DNA of 62,801 nucleotides, the filler included, from Folioceros fuciformis (taxonomy: Eukaryota): NCBI GenBank assembly GCA_049999805.1. It is 3 parts of 3 records of this genome, joined end to end, with 100 filler letters (N's around TTAATTAATTAA, not from the genome) between each part and the next. Parts side by side here need not be neighbours in the genome. Positions count along the whole stretch, not along the records: positions 1 to 29,604 come from JBNGIO010006289.1; 2 more parts are not named here. One strand, written 5' to 3'. Under the pieces are notes generated by a model. It searched no databases and was not told where the DNA came from. It worked only from the letters and a program-made list of their open reading frames with translations. The translations under genes and the position numbers were made by a program. Positions 1 to 11,653 of this stretch are shown here, in pieces. How positions within the stretch are numbered: position 1 is the first letter of the stretch; each line of letters starts with the position of its first letter.

Positions 1-272
1 CTTTTCGTTGTTCTACTTCGTCATCCCTCCCAATTTGTTGTTCTTCTTCTTCGACTTTCACATGAACTCATGGTCCTTTCCCAATTTGTTGTTTTCTTCT
101 TCGACTTTCACATGAACTCATGGTCCTTTTCGTTGTTCTACTTCGTCATCCCTCCCAATTTGTTGTTCTTCTTCTTCGACTTTCACATGAACTCATGGTC
201 CTTTTCGTTGTTCTACTTCATCATCCCTCCCAATTTGTTGTTGTTCTTCTTCTCATCCCTCCCAATTTGTTG
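1..272. repeat. Tandem minisatellite, unit of about 75 bp with partial copies
   Basis: cttttcgttgttctacttcgtcatccctcccaatttgttgttcttcttcttcgactttcacatgaactcatggtc recurs about 3.5 times. Confidence 0.9.
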
Positions 273-372
273 CTAACTCTCTAAAGCCTAATGATTACCA
301 TAACACCTAAAACATCATGGTCATCATGGTCATCATGGTCATGGTCTGGGAAGAGAAAAGGTCTACTTACCA

Positions 373-3061
373 CTAGAGTTGGTCTGGGAAGAGAAAAGGT
401 TGACCTACCGCTAGAGNNNNNNNNNNNNNNNNNNNNNNNNNNNNNNNNNNNNNNNNNNNNNNNNNNNNNNNNNNNNNNNNNNNNNNNNNNNNNNNNNNNN
501 NNNNNNNNNNNNNNNNCACTAGAGTTGGTCTGGGAAGAGAAAAGGTTGACCTACCGCTAGAGTTGCTAACAACCTTTCCCATGCTAACATTGTCATTTTC
601 TATATGGAATTGGCCAACGCTCATTGTAGAGCAATGAAAACCCTCTGTCGAAAAAATGCTACGATATATGAAAGAGGAAGACCAAGCCCATTTTTTCCTT
701 TTGTGAACCGCATTGGCGCAATACTTCAAAAACTTGGAAAATACCTTGTACATGGCCCCGTGGGTTTCAATGGCAAGGGGGATGAAGATGTATCTAGCCA
801 ATAAAGGGGTGTAGTTTGGCCGATGCACTCCCCTTTGCTACCCAACTTGTAGAGTTGGGAACAACATGCTTGTGGACTACAACCCATGTGGTGTTAGTCA
901 CAGCCACATTAGTAATAAAAACTTGCTGATCTCCCTGAATAAGGAAAAGGTCCGCTCAAAGAGAAACACCATTCAGTAGAGTTTATGGGCGCTCCCTAAA
1001 GGGTAGAAATCTAGTCTCCTTGGCCAATGAAAACATGCCATCTCACATGGCGTCGTGCGTAGCATTTTGTTGATTCCTAACCTGGCAGCGGGCAAGATGA
1101 GTACTAGAGTTGTTTAGAGACGCCCCGCAACTGCTAGAGGAGAGAGAGGAGGCCAAAGGTAAGACGAAACTGAGGAGAAACCTCATTGCAATAGAGAATG
1201 TCATTGGTGTGATTCAGAAAGCCTGGATGCTGAGACGAGCCAAGAGCTTGTGCCCTTTCTTGAGCACAAATAGAGTTGAGCCCGATCAAGCCTAGGAATA
1301 GAAGAATCCTGAAGAAGATTGAGCTGCATATGCTCGTATTCCTTCTCAAGAAGAGAAGCTTGGAGCCCTCAAATTGCCACCGCAGGAAGAGATGAAAATT
1401 GAGGCATAGCAATCCTAGCCGCAAAAGAAAGAGAGTCCTTAGCTGATCTTAGGGACACCAACAGAGGGAGGGCACCCTCCTCAACACTAAGGATGAAAGA
1501 TTTCAAAATGCAGGCATCACGAATGAGAAAACGGGGAGCCAAAATAACAGCCAAAGGGACCCAACTCTCAAGAAATGCCGTTGGTGCCAATATCTCCATT
1601 GCCGGCAAACCAATGCCTCTAAACAAGATACGAAGAGAACCCTGTCGCCTTGCAAGCTCCTCCGCATCAAACTCAAAAGTACCACAACCAAGTATATCAC
1701 TAAAAACTTGCATGATCCTATTGTCAAAGAGCTCTGATTCTGTTATCAAAGAGCTAAACCACTACAAACTTGCATGATCCTATTGTCAAAGAGCTTTGAT
1801 TCTGTTGTCAAAGAGCTAAACCACTGCAAACTTGCATGATCCTTTTGTCAAAGAGCTAGACCCCTTCAAAGTTGCATGATCCTATACTCANNNNNNNNNN
1901 NNNNNNNNNNNNNNNNNNNNNNNNNNNNNNNNNNNNNNNNNNNNNNNNNNNNNNNNNNNNNNNNNNNNNNNNNNNNNNNNNNNNNNNNNNAGAGCTAGAC
2001 CCCTTCAAAGTTGCATGATCCTATACTCAAAGAGCTAAACCCCTTCAAACTTGAAGAGAGGTCTTCAAGCTTGCTACGAATGTCAAAGAGGGGGGGGGCT
2101 GGGGTTTAGGGTTAGGAGAAGGTACCCTAGATGACATGCAAACATGAGGAAAGAATTCTAAAAGCTACATGTGGGTCCCCTTAATTAGCAAGGTCATCCG
2201 CATCGGCTAGGTCCTCCTCAAGAGCGACATCCATAAAGCCTTGGACAAAGTTTGAAGGCTCCACAAAGACCCCCGAGGTTGAAGGCCTGGTGAAATAGCA
2301 GATCCCGATATTGGATGAAGGCCACGTACAACCGTAATGGTCACCTCAGAAGTCGAAGCCACTAGCTCAGGACGGAGAGCCCAAGCATACTCCCTTGCAC
2401 GACTGAGCAAACGCTCCTCTTGAGACGCGCCGTGGCGAGGTCTGGTCAGACTCCATTAGTCTCGACAAAATCCAACTGAGACCTAGCAGCACAATTGGAC
2501 TCCTCCTGAAGGTCGTATCAATATTCGGAATGAAAACGACAAAGACAAGAAGCCACCTTCTGATGGCATGAGACAACCCCCCTCAAGCACCCAAGACACC
2601 ACTTGGGAAGAAAAAGGAACAAAGCCTAAGTGACCTTATCATGAAGATCTAGCGCTAGTGGCTCCAAAGAAGCCGATAAGCTAAGCGAACATCATAATGA
2701 AATAGTTGTGGGAGGCGCTGGACGAGATGTGGTCCTAGAAAGCATGCTTCAAATAATGCCAGGAGATAACCAAATTGAGCCGTTAACCATTGTTATGATT
2801 CCGAAGAAGTGGAATGAAGGTTATCCGTGCCTGTGATCCTAGGAGCCATCAAGAAGAAGAAGTTTGTCTAAGTTGCACCTCCCATGTAGGTCGGTGGAAA
2901 TCCTTGTGTATCAAACCCATATGATGATGAACACCCCGAGATGTGAATAGCTTTCCACACACAGGACAAGGAGTGTCCTTGGCGGAAGTTGACGATGTAG
3001 TGTCCTTGGCGGAAGTTGACGATGTAGTGTCCTTGGCGGAAGTTGACTATGTAAGACCCAT
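373..3061 (-). mobile_element. Decayed non-LTR retrotransposon with restriction-like endonuclease (CRE-clade-like), copy 1
   Basis: Minus strand reads an N-terminal C2H2 finger CPVCGKLFTSRGVHHHMGLIH (about 2905-2970), post-RT ARRQGSLRILFRGIGL (about 1600-1650), a CCHC knuckle CSCGASLNNSSTHLARC followed by THDA (about 1050-1135) and the RLE motif FIPLAIETHG (about 760-790). It has stops, frameshifts, internal tandem expansions and two gaps. The RT core is not visible. Confidence 0.75.
1705..2052. repeat. Tandem expansion inside the retroelement (units of about 60 and 40 bp), spanning a gap
   Basis: aaacttgcatgatcctattgtcaaagagct... and aaagagctagaccccttcaaagttgcatgatcctatactc recur. Confidence 0.85.
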
Positions 3062-5102
3062 ACCCCTTGGCCCGCTCCGAAACCTGCTCACTCCTACCCT
3101 ACTCCGTAACACTCATAACTACAAGATAATAATGCCTTAAAAGTATTAAAAATAGAAAAAGGAAGAAAATAAAAGAATAAAATTGTTAAAAGTCTAAACC
3201 TCGCCGCGCTCAAGTTCATGCTCATGGTAATTGGAGAAACCAATAATCATTGCCATACCCTAATCCCAATAACGGTCCTAAAGATAGTAGAGGCACCATG
3301 CTCACCGCACCTAAAGGCCTTACTCTACACCCTCCAATTTTGCTCCATATTGGCCATGGCCATATGTCCCAATACCAGCCTAAGTGCATATAGAAGTAGT
3401 GAACTTGTAATTCCTACGTACATATAAAGTAGTGAACTTGTAATTCCTACGTATAGTGAACTTATAATTCCTAGGTACATATAGAAGTAGTGAACTTGTA
3501 ATTACGTAAGTTGGTGTGCAATATATCTGTACCTACCCCATGCCCACATCTATGCCCTACCAATGCCTTGCGCTCCATGATGGCAAAGCAAAAAACACAC
3601 ACCCTTATGTTCTAACACTCCTTACACCACTCTTTGCTTATGCTCAATCATTGCACACCACCACCCAAATCCCTATCACCACCCTTTTACATCCACCTAC
3701 TTCACTGCACTTCATCACCCATGCTTCATTATCTCATTACCATCGCTCCCTATGTATTGTACTGAAAATATATTTTCTAACCACTCCCAAGCACCTTAGT
3801 CACATAATTGTGATTATAAAACTCGGATTATTTTTTACTGAAAATATATTTTATTAGCAAAAGAGTTTCAATAGTTTTCTAACTGGGAGTGCCTTACATG
3901 ATTTCCTTTTATCACTGAATGTCCTAAATAAGCCCATGGTGTTCATCCGAACATCTTCCGTCGATTTTGATTCTTACATGCTTGTTTCATCGAAGGAAAA
4001 TAAACATACTTACCAAAAACAATTTTGAAAAAAAAGTTGGATATGACTAGTGCACATTTACATCCAAGCACAACAAAACCCAACCACAATTTGTATAAGA
4101 GTGGTATGCAAACAATTCTAGGAGTATGAATTAGTATACGATAAATAATATAATAATTTTGGTTATGGTGTAATAATAACATGTCATCATTAACCCTTGG
4201 ATGGGCGGTGGAGGGTTATGTTAGCTCCAAAGTTCATAAGTATTCTCCATCCAAGATGGGCATATTTTTATCCCTTGCTCTTGAGATTGTAGAAGCATTG
4301 GCAAGGACTTTTCAATGTTTATCAAAGAGTGTGCAAAGATATATTATAGTTCTAGGAATGGGGTTCTTCCTTTCCTTTATGGTGGTTTTCTTTTGACAAT
4401 ATGTATGCATTGCTTGGTTAAGAGCATTGACCAATGCGGTTTCTATAACTGCTGTAAGTGCAAGTCAAGCAGCTTCTTCGGCATAGTGGTAGGTAGGCTA
4501 AGAAGTGTGGTAGGTAGGCTAAGAAGTGTAGGTTCAGTGGCTTCTTCAACACCTTGATAGATAGGCCTTTTATTATTCCACATCACAATATTCTAGGAGA
4601 AGTAGGAAGTTTTTGAAAGTGATATTCAAGGTCATTTATTATTCCACATCACAACATTTTAGGAGAATTAGGTAGTTTTTCAGAATGATGTTTGAAAGGT
4701 CTAAATCTACGTTTAGCTTATTACCTTGACGGGGTTATTTCTCCTATCTATCTTTGGAGTAGATAAAACTTTCTATCGTTTTTCAATAATAGAAAATAGC
4801 ATTCTAATATGTAAGATGGTATATTATACCATCTTATATATTTTATTGGATTAATAAAGATATTTAATTATTTTATTTTATTAATAATTAGAATAAAGAT
4901 TATAAAATTAAAGTATAGTAATTAGATAAAGATACAATTAAACAAAATCAATAATATTTAATAAATAAGTGAAAGAGTTTAGGGGTTAGTCAGTATTGGG
5001 CTCTTGATGGAAATGAATATCATGGTCATTCCTAAGTCGATCATTATGAACTCGATTTACATAAAGGTATAAAAGGATTAGCAAATCAACCCTACGATAT
5101 TA

Positions 5103-5425
5103 AAGTATGGGTTCATTATTGTTATATTATTAGCTACTGACCAACAACGATTTACACATCTTTAAGTATGGGTTCATTATTGTTATATTATTAGCTGTTG
5201 ACGAACAACCATTTACACATCTTTAGGTATGGGTTCATTATTGTTATATTATTAGCTGCTGACCAACAACGATTTACACATCTTTAGGTATGGGTTCATT
5301 ATTGTTTTATTATTAGCTGCTGACCAACAACGATTTACACATCTTTAGGCTCATAAAGCCTAATTAGGATGGTTCCTAATTGTTACATTATTAGTTGTTG
5401 GCTGACAACAATTTACACATCTTTA
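5103..5425. repeat. Tandem minisatellite, about 61 bp x 5
   Basis: gtatgggttcattattgttatattattagctgctgaccaacaacgatttacacatcttta recurs. Confidence 0.92.
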
Positions 5426-5829
5426 GTATAATTTCTGGGTTTGCTTTAGTGTTTACAATAGTTTTATGTTTACAAGATCAACAACTTAACATGTTCTACT
5501 TGCATTGATGATTAGGGTATCGCTGCCTCCAGCAATCAAGTAACTATGTAGTGAAAATTAAATCATCCACACAAAACAAAACCACTTATTGTGTAGCACA
5601 GCCAATTCTAAAGTGGATAACTTCTTTTCTTTAGTCTTGTACTGAAATATTATGAATATTATTAATATAAAAAAAAATATTCATCATATTGACTAACCTT
5701 TGTTATACGAAAGCAAAGGTGCATGGAGTGATTATTTCACTAAACGAAATCCAAGCACCTATGAGAAATGTAACGAAATCCGAGTACCTGTGAGAAACGT
5801 AATGACCTCCGTACTTTGCATCGAAGCCC

Positions 5830-8360
5830 AAGTGATCCCATGCCTTAAGAGGTTTAGCATTTTGTGCTTGAGGAGCCTTTTTGCCTTGATTGGGTTATAT
5901 TCGAACGAGCTCTCATCACCGAGCCAAGACTTTCTTCCGGTGGCCTATTTGGGACGGTCTATGACCACCTTCGGGACTACTTTGCTCCACGGGACCCTTA
6001 TAGTAGCTTCTCTGAGCTTTTTTTCCTTGGTGGCTAGTATGGCACAAGGTGAGACTTCCCTTCGGATTGCTTTGGTTCTGGGCGCCAGTAAGCTGTTGGC
6101 TTTGGAAAAACCCACCGCAGGAGTGCGTCCCATCGCGGTATATGAGGCGTTCTTGCGGCTCATTAGTCGCAGCATTGCTCTCCAGCTCAGAGAACAGCTT
6201 GAGGCCCATTGCAGCCCCACTAATTCGGGATTGCTACTCCGGGGGGCTGTGAGACGGTGGCCTTCGGGGTGAGAGCGGTCTTGGACCAACATTTAGATTG
6301 GGTTGCCTTGCTTGTTGATGTGGAGAATGCCTTGAACATTGTCTCTAGGGTGGCTATTTTCAATGAGTTGAAGGTTGCTGGTGGTCGTTTGGAGTCTCTT
6401 ATCCCCTTTGTTCGTTCCTTCTATGGTGCCCCATCTAATCTCTACTTTCAACACGTGCCCACGGTGAAGGAGGTCTTAGTGCTCGACTCAGCGACAAGTA
6501 CCTGCGAGGGGGATCCTTGGGAGGGGCTCTCTTTGCTATGGCTCACTTCAAAGCCCTTTCGATTACCGCTTGTGTGGTAGGGGATTGTCTTTTCCCATCT
6601 ATGGCAGATGACACCCATCTCCTAGGTCCAAGGGATAAGGTTAGGGAGGTCTTTGAGCTTTTCTCAAAGAAGCTCGTAAGCTTAGGCCTAAAAGTCAAGA
6701 TTTCCACGTGTAAGATTTGGTCTTCATCTGGATCACTCTATCTCTACAATTTCTGAAGGGGAATATCGATTCTTCATTGGGAATCCACATCCTAAGAGTC
6801 CCAGTTGGCCCCCCAACTTCATTCGCAAATTTGTGGATGCAGTTTTGATAGAGGATTTGGCGCACATTGAGAACCTTTATCAGCTTGGGGACCCACAGGT
6901 GGCCTACAACATCCTCTTCACTTGCTTTGCGCGACACCCTAGGTACGTCATCCTCACTTTGCCTCCACCCCCAGATTTTCTTTCCAACTGAGGGACTGCG
7001 ACAAGTAGGTTTTGAAGGAATTAGGGGACATTGTTGGCTCGAGTTCATTCGATTGTACTGCAGGTGATCTGGCTAGGAGACAAGCATCCCTACCCATTGC
7101 TTCGGACAGCATTGGGCTACTGGCCATGGAGGCCTTTGCGCTAGTTGCTTTTCTTGGCAGTTGTGCGCTCTCTGCCCCAGCTTTGGTGACTCGCTTCTCC
7201 ATTGGAAACTCGAGCGTTTTGGAGGGGTTTGTCACCGGAGTTGAGGACGGGCCATTCCCTCTCTAGAAGTCCCTTAGGAGGGCCCAGGATCTCTTATCCT
7301 CATAAGCCCGATTGGTCATGCCTTCTTTTCCTCCTTCCTTTGTGGGGGTATGAGAGGACTTTAGGCAACCCTTTAAGGAAAAGCATTATGGGCAAGAGTT
7401 GCAGGCCCTTCTACTAGATTCCTCCATTGAGAAGCATGCCCGGGTGCACCTTCGATCTTTTTCGGGGAAGGGCGCTAGCTCTTGGCTGTTGGCCCGTCCA
7501 TGCATCCAGGCTTTCTAAATCGCACCAGCTTCTTTCTCGACTGTGATGAGGTTCTACCTTGGCTTGGTTCAGCCGTTGGCCTGGTCTCTCTCTTCTTGTA
7601 ATTGTGGAGTCCCCCTCGGCAACCTCGGGAGCCACCTGACGTGTTGCCCTATCGGCGAGCACCGCATCGCCACCCATAATGCATTGAGGGACGTTATGTT
7701 TTCTTTGGCCAAGGAGGGTGGTTTAGTCCTCTACAAAGAGATGCCATATACCCTGCTTAATAGCGTCTCCCTCATTGCAGACCTTTTCCTCATCAAGGGG
7801 GACCAGGTTTCTATAGTAGATGTGGTTGTCATAGACCCTACTCGGACAACCATCAGCAAACATGTCGTTAACAACCTCTCGGGTTGGGCAGTAGAAGGAA
7901 GCGCGACAAGAAAGACTTGCAAGTACAGGCCCATGCAGCAGGGTCACTTGTTCACCCTCTTACTATTGAAACGCACAGGACCATGGGTAAGGATTTTTCC
8001 AGGTTTTTGAAGACCTATGCGAAGGCCCATCATGTCAGTAGGAGCGGCCTAGGGCTTCCCCTATTTGGCGTGGTGGAATGTTTCCAACAATGGGTTTCGA
8101 TTGCGCCACAAAAAGCCTTGGCAAACACGATTTTTCGCACAACATCAAAGACGGCGGATGCGACTATAAGGGCCCCGGTGGTAAGTAGACCTACCTTGTA
8201 CCTGAATTTGATATGTTGGGGACGATAGGGAGTTATAGGCTAGGCGGACGAGGGAGCTAAGGCCCCATTCTTGGCTTTTCCCATTGCGTTCTTCGCTTTT
8301 TCCCTATTGCAGGTTATTCCCTTGTCACAGGGTAGAATGGAACTTCCAATTTTTTTTTTT
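5830..8360 (+). mobile_element. Decayed, 5'-truncated RLE-type non-LTR retrotransposon (CRE-clade-like), copy 2
   Basis: RT motifs in order across frameshifts: KPTAGVRPIAVYEAFLRL, DVENALNIVSR, EGDP-GGALFA, SMADDTHLLG. Then ARRQASLPIASDSIGL, the CCHC CNCGVPLGNLGSHLTCC with THNALRD, and the RLE motifs ADLFL..IVDVVVIDP, RKTCKY and PLTIETH. Confidence 0.85.
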
Positions 8361-8985
8361 CTATAAAGTTTTCAAATTTCCGGTATAGGAAGGGTGGACT
8401 GCGCGCTTACGCGGCTGCTCTGTTAGGTCATGTGTAGACTGGCTGTGAAGGTGCTTTTCTTTTCCTCTGGACGAATTGGTACTGTAAGATGGTTGGACAA
8501 GAACCGGGGTGTCCGTCGGCGGGCCCGAGGTGAGAGCAAGAAGGGGCAAAAGCTGTCCGTCCGTTGTCCATCAAATGCGGGTTTGCTGACGGACGGAAAG
8601 GTGTCTCATTGTTTGTGCTATTAATCGCTCGATCTCCTCCCGCAGGCTCTCGGGGCGTGGCTGCCAGGACAGTAGCAGTCACGCGGCCATGGGGGGAAAG
8701 CGGCCGGTGACCGAAGAGACCCGGGCCTGCGGGTTTGCCCAGCACCTCTCACTGGACTATAAACGTTAAAAGTTGTATCGCGGCAAGACCTAGTTTGGGA
8801 CTAGAAACGGTAAGGGGTGCTGGCGAAGAGATGGTATCTAGCAGGCCAGTATGCTTGTGATGCTTTCCTTTTTCATGCAATGCTTGGCATGGTTCCGTGG
8901 CTGCGGAGCTGTGGAAGGTGGAATGTGCAAAGCGGCACCAAAACCTAAAGATTGAAGGGAAGGAGTGGCCACCAGTCGACATGCG

Positions 8986-10704
8986 ATGAAGGCATCTTTG
9001 AAGCTGAGGGATGGACAGGGGCCGCTTGTGAGGGCCAGGGTGCCTGTCAATTTTCTTGGGATTCCTTTGTTTTCTGCCATTTCGCTCGGGAATCCGGAGG
9101 AGCTTGGGCTGCACCTGGGGTCGAGTGCGGAGGCTGGCCCGCTCTTCAAGGTGACGTATAAGCCGAACGATCTGCACTCTCCCTTTTCCGTGCTCATCAA
9201 GTCCGGGATCGGGGTATGGGGCTCTCCGGCGGGGGCAGCTCTGGCTATGGCGGCCGAGTTCAACTTGTCGGGCAAGCTGAGCCCGTCTTTCATGCTGCGG
9301 GTGAAGCCGAGGATAGGGGATTTCAGCTTGCGGAAGGACTCGGGGTATTGGAATGCAGGGGTGCTGAGAGCCGACTGCAAGGCCGTGAAGGAGGAACCGG
9401 AGATGGTCCGGGTGCAGAGGGATGCCTGGTTGTCTGAGGCTGTGAGTGGAGAGGTTGAGGAGAATAGGCCTCGGGAGAGAGACTCCGGCAGTGGGGCCAG
9501 GACGGTTTACACCGGGTTGATGCAGGATGTAGGGAACGAGCGTTGTAGCAGCATTGCTGTCAGGAGATGCGAGATGGGAGTTGTTAATGGTCGGAATGGG
9601 GTTTTGGATAATTCGGGTTTTCTGCATGCGCAGCTGAAGTCAACAACTGAGAGTCCTGCGGGTGCGCAGGGTGGTGGCAGCTTTGGGCCGAGCACGGTAG
9701 AGAGGGCCAGAAGCTTCGGTTCTGTGGTGAGCCACTTGGACGGAGCCAGGAGCGTGTCCGGGGAGTCCAACCACGTTCGGAAACCTGAAGACGGAAGCTC
9801 AGGCAGTGAGGCGTCAGAGGACAGCTGCGTCTTCGTCAACGGATTTGAGGACAAGGACTCGCCGTTGGAGGTGACCGATACTCGAGGGGAAGGTGTGGCA
9901 AACAGCGAGAGGGTTGCGTTGCAAGGGCGGCGAAGACGTTTCAAAACGTCTTCTCTTGCGTCAACTATGTGCGATGCATGGTGCCTCAGGGTCCATAGCT
10001 CTCTGCCCTTGGGAAAGCAAGCGGTGGCACACGTAAGGTGGCGGATGAAGGTGCCCACGGATTTGTTTGAGAGCAGTTTTTCGCTAGCCAAGCTGCCAGT
10101 TCTTGTGATGGACAAGATTACATTGGAGAGCACGGACCCCATTAAGCGGCGGTTTTCGTATCCTACACGCAGCAGCCGGTATGCCCACGCCTATGATTAT
10201 TTTGCGGGTACAGCTCTTCCTGATGAGAGAGAGGAGCTCCTCCATCAAATGACAGGCCTGTTTTCTTCAATGAGGCACCAGGTTCAACATCTTTATTCGG
10301 AGAATCGGGCTTTCAAGAAGGCCTTGGAGGATCTCAGGGTTCAGGTAGAATACAGAGGGGGCTCTTTTGGCAGGTTCAGGGTACCAGCAAATAAACATCC
10401 CGGGGATCTGCTCTTGCAGGAAGAGACCATGCTGCGCTCTCAGCTCTTCGACGATATTCAAGGAAAGGGGAATGGACCTAAGGGAAGCAATTCACAGACG
10501 AGCAAAAGGGAGCCCGAAGCCAAGCATGAACCCAAGGGGAAGAAGGAAAAGGAGAATCGAGCTGATTCGAAATCTCCAAGCTCGTCTGAGTTGGCTTTTG
10601 CTGGTCCTGTACCAAGTGGTACAAGCAGGAGCGCTGGGTCAGAACCTGATGTCTCAGAAGAACTGAAGAGAGCAATCATGAATGCCAGAGGGAGTGGTAG
10701 GTGA
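8986..10704 (+). CDS. Conserved plant protein, At3g57990/OEP40-like (putative plastid outer-envelope beta-barrel), single exon
   Basis: The N-terminus MKASLKLRDGQGPLVRARVPVNFLGIP...YKPNDLHSPFSVLIKSGIG...AEFNL...RVKPRIGDFS and the C-terminal LPVLVMDKI, coiled coil and DVSEELKRA resemble this family. Family name is from recall. Confidence 0.7.
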   Translation: MKASLKLRDGQGPLVRARVPVNFLGIPLFSAISLGNPEELGLHLGSSAEAGPLFKVTYKPNDLHSPFSVLIKSGIGVWGSPAGAALAMAAEFNLSGKLSPSFMLRVKPRIGDFSLRKDSGYWNAGVLRADCKAVKEEPEMVRVQRDAWLSEAVSGEVEENRPRERDSGSGARTVYTGLMQDVGNERCSSIAVRRCEMGVVNGRNGVLDNSGFLHAQLKSTTESPAGAQGGGSFGPSTVERARSFGSVVSHLDGARSVSGESNHVRKPEDGSSGSEASEDSCVFVNGFEDKDSPLEVTDTRGEGVANSERVALQGRRRRFKTSSLASTMCDAWCLRVHSSLPLGKQAVAHVRWRMKVPTDLFESSFSLAKLPVLVMDKITLESTDPIKRRFSYPTRSSRYAHAYDYFAGTALPDEREELLHQMTGLFSSMRHQVQHLYSENRAFKKALEDLRVQVEYRGGSFGRFRVPANKHPGDLLLQEETMLRSQLFDDIQGKGNGPKGSNSQTSKREPEAKHEPKGKKEKENRADSKSPSSSELAFAGPVPSGTSRSAGSEPDVSEELKRAIMNARGSGR

Positions 10705-11653
10705 AAGGCACTCATGTACTGGTAGCAGCGAGCTGTCTGCCAAATCCCGTCTATCCTGGATGGAGCTCTGGTTTAGACCCTGATGTCTCACCAGAGGAAG
10801 AGGGCACACAAGTGGTTGTAGGTGAAAGGCATTCGGGGGTCATGTATGGTTGCAGCGAGCTGTCCGCAAAATTCTCTGTCTCAGCCCTCTTCTATCCTGG
10901 TAGCTTGACTTTACCAAGGATTCCGTTACGTCAGATGAGTTGGTGTTACGTGAAGGGCTGGAGACTCATGAATGTAAGCCTGCATGCATTGTACGATAGA
11001 GTAGAGCCTGTAATATAGAAGCGTGGCAGATTGATTTTTGAGCTTAGTTGTAGCTTCAGTGTTGGAATACAGAACAACCGTCGGATAACGTGGGAGGACG
11101 TTTCCGGGGTCCCATAATCGCGCAAGTGCGCCGTATGTCCCGTATGATTGATGACGATAAAGTGTTTGAAGGCCAAAGAGGGGTGATAGCACGCAGATGC
11201 AGTTGTGGTGATGCATGGGTGACTGCCGCTGCCTGGAATGAAAGTAGGAATTCTTCACCGAGAGCATGGACTTAACTAGTCTTCCCTCTCAGTTTCGATG
11301 GGTAAACGTCGTCGTTTTTGCTGTGAGTTGCTTGGTGACCTGTTTTCAGAGGCATTTAAACAACGTGGTGACTTGCTTGATTTATGCTGGACGGTATAAC
11401 AGCAGAGTGGGTGGTGACGAGACTTGGATCCAGGTTTTCTACCACCAACCCGGCCACGACAAACGAGAGGTGCAAAAATTCCTGGGTCAGGAGCCGGTGA
11501 CAAAAAATGGCTACCCTCTTAGAACAGGAAATTGGCAGGGGCTACGTCTCAAAGTTGTGGATTGTGCCCGAAAACTGCAGCGCGTTGGCGCTCACACAAG
11601 GTCAATCAATCTGTCGTACGATGACTATCTATCTACCAAATGATCATACACTT

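Noticed and set aside
2090-2116. Telomere-like GGGTTTAGGGTTAGG
   Set aside because: Only about two units, and it lies in a Pro-rich stretch (PSPNPKP) of the minus-strand retroelement.
4180-4560. Stop-interrupted, coding-like minus-strand stretch
   Set aside because: No recognisable motif. It may be a transposon relic but cannot be supported.
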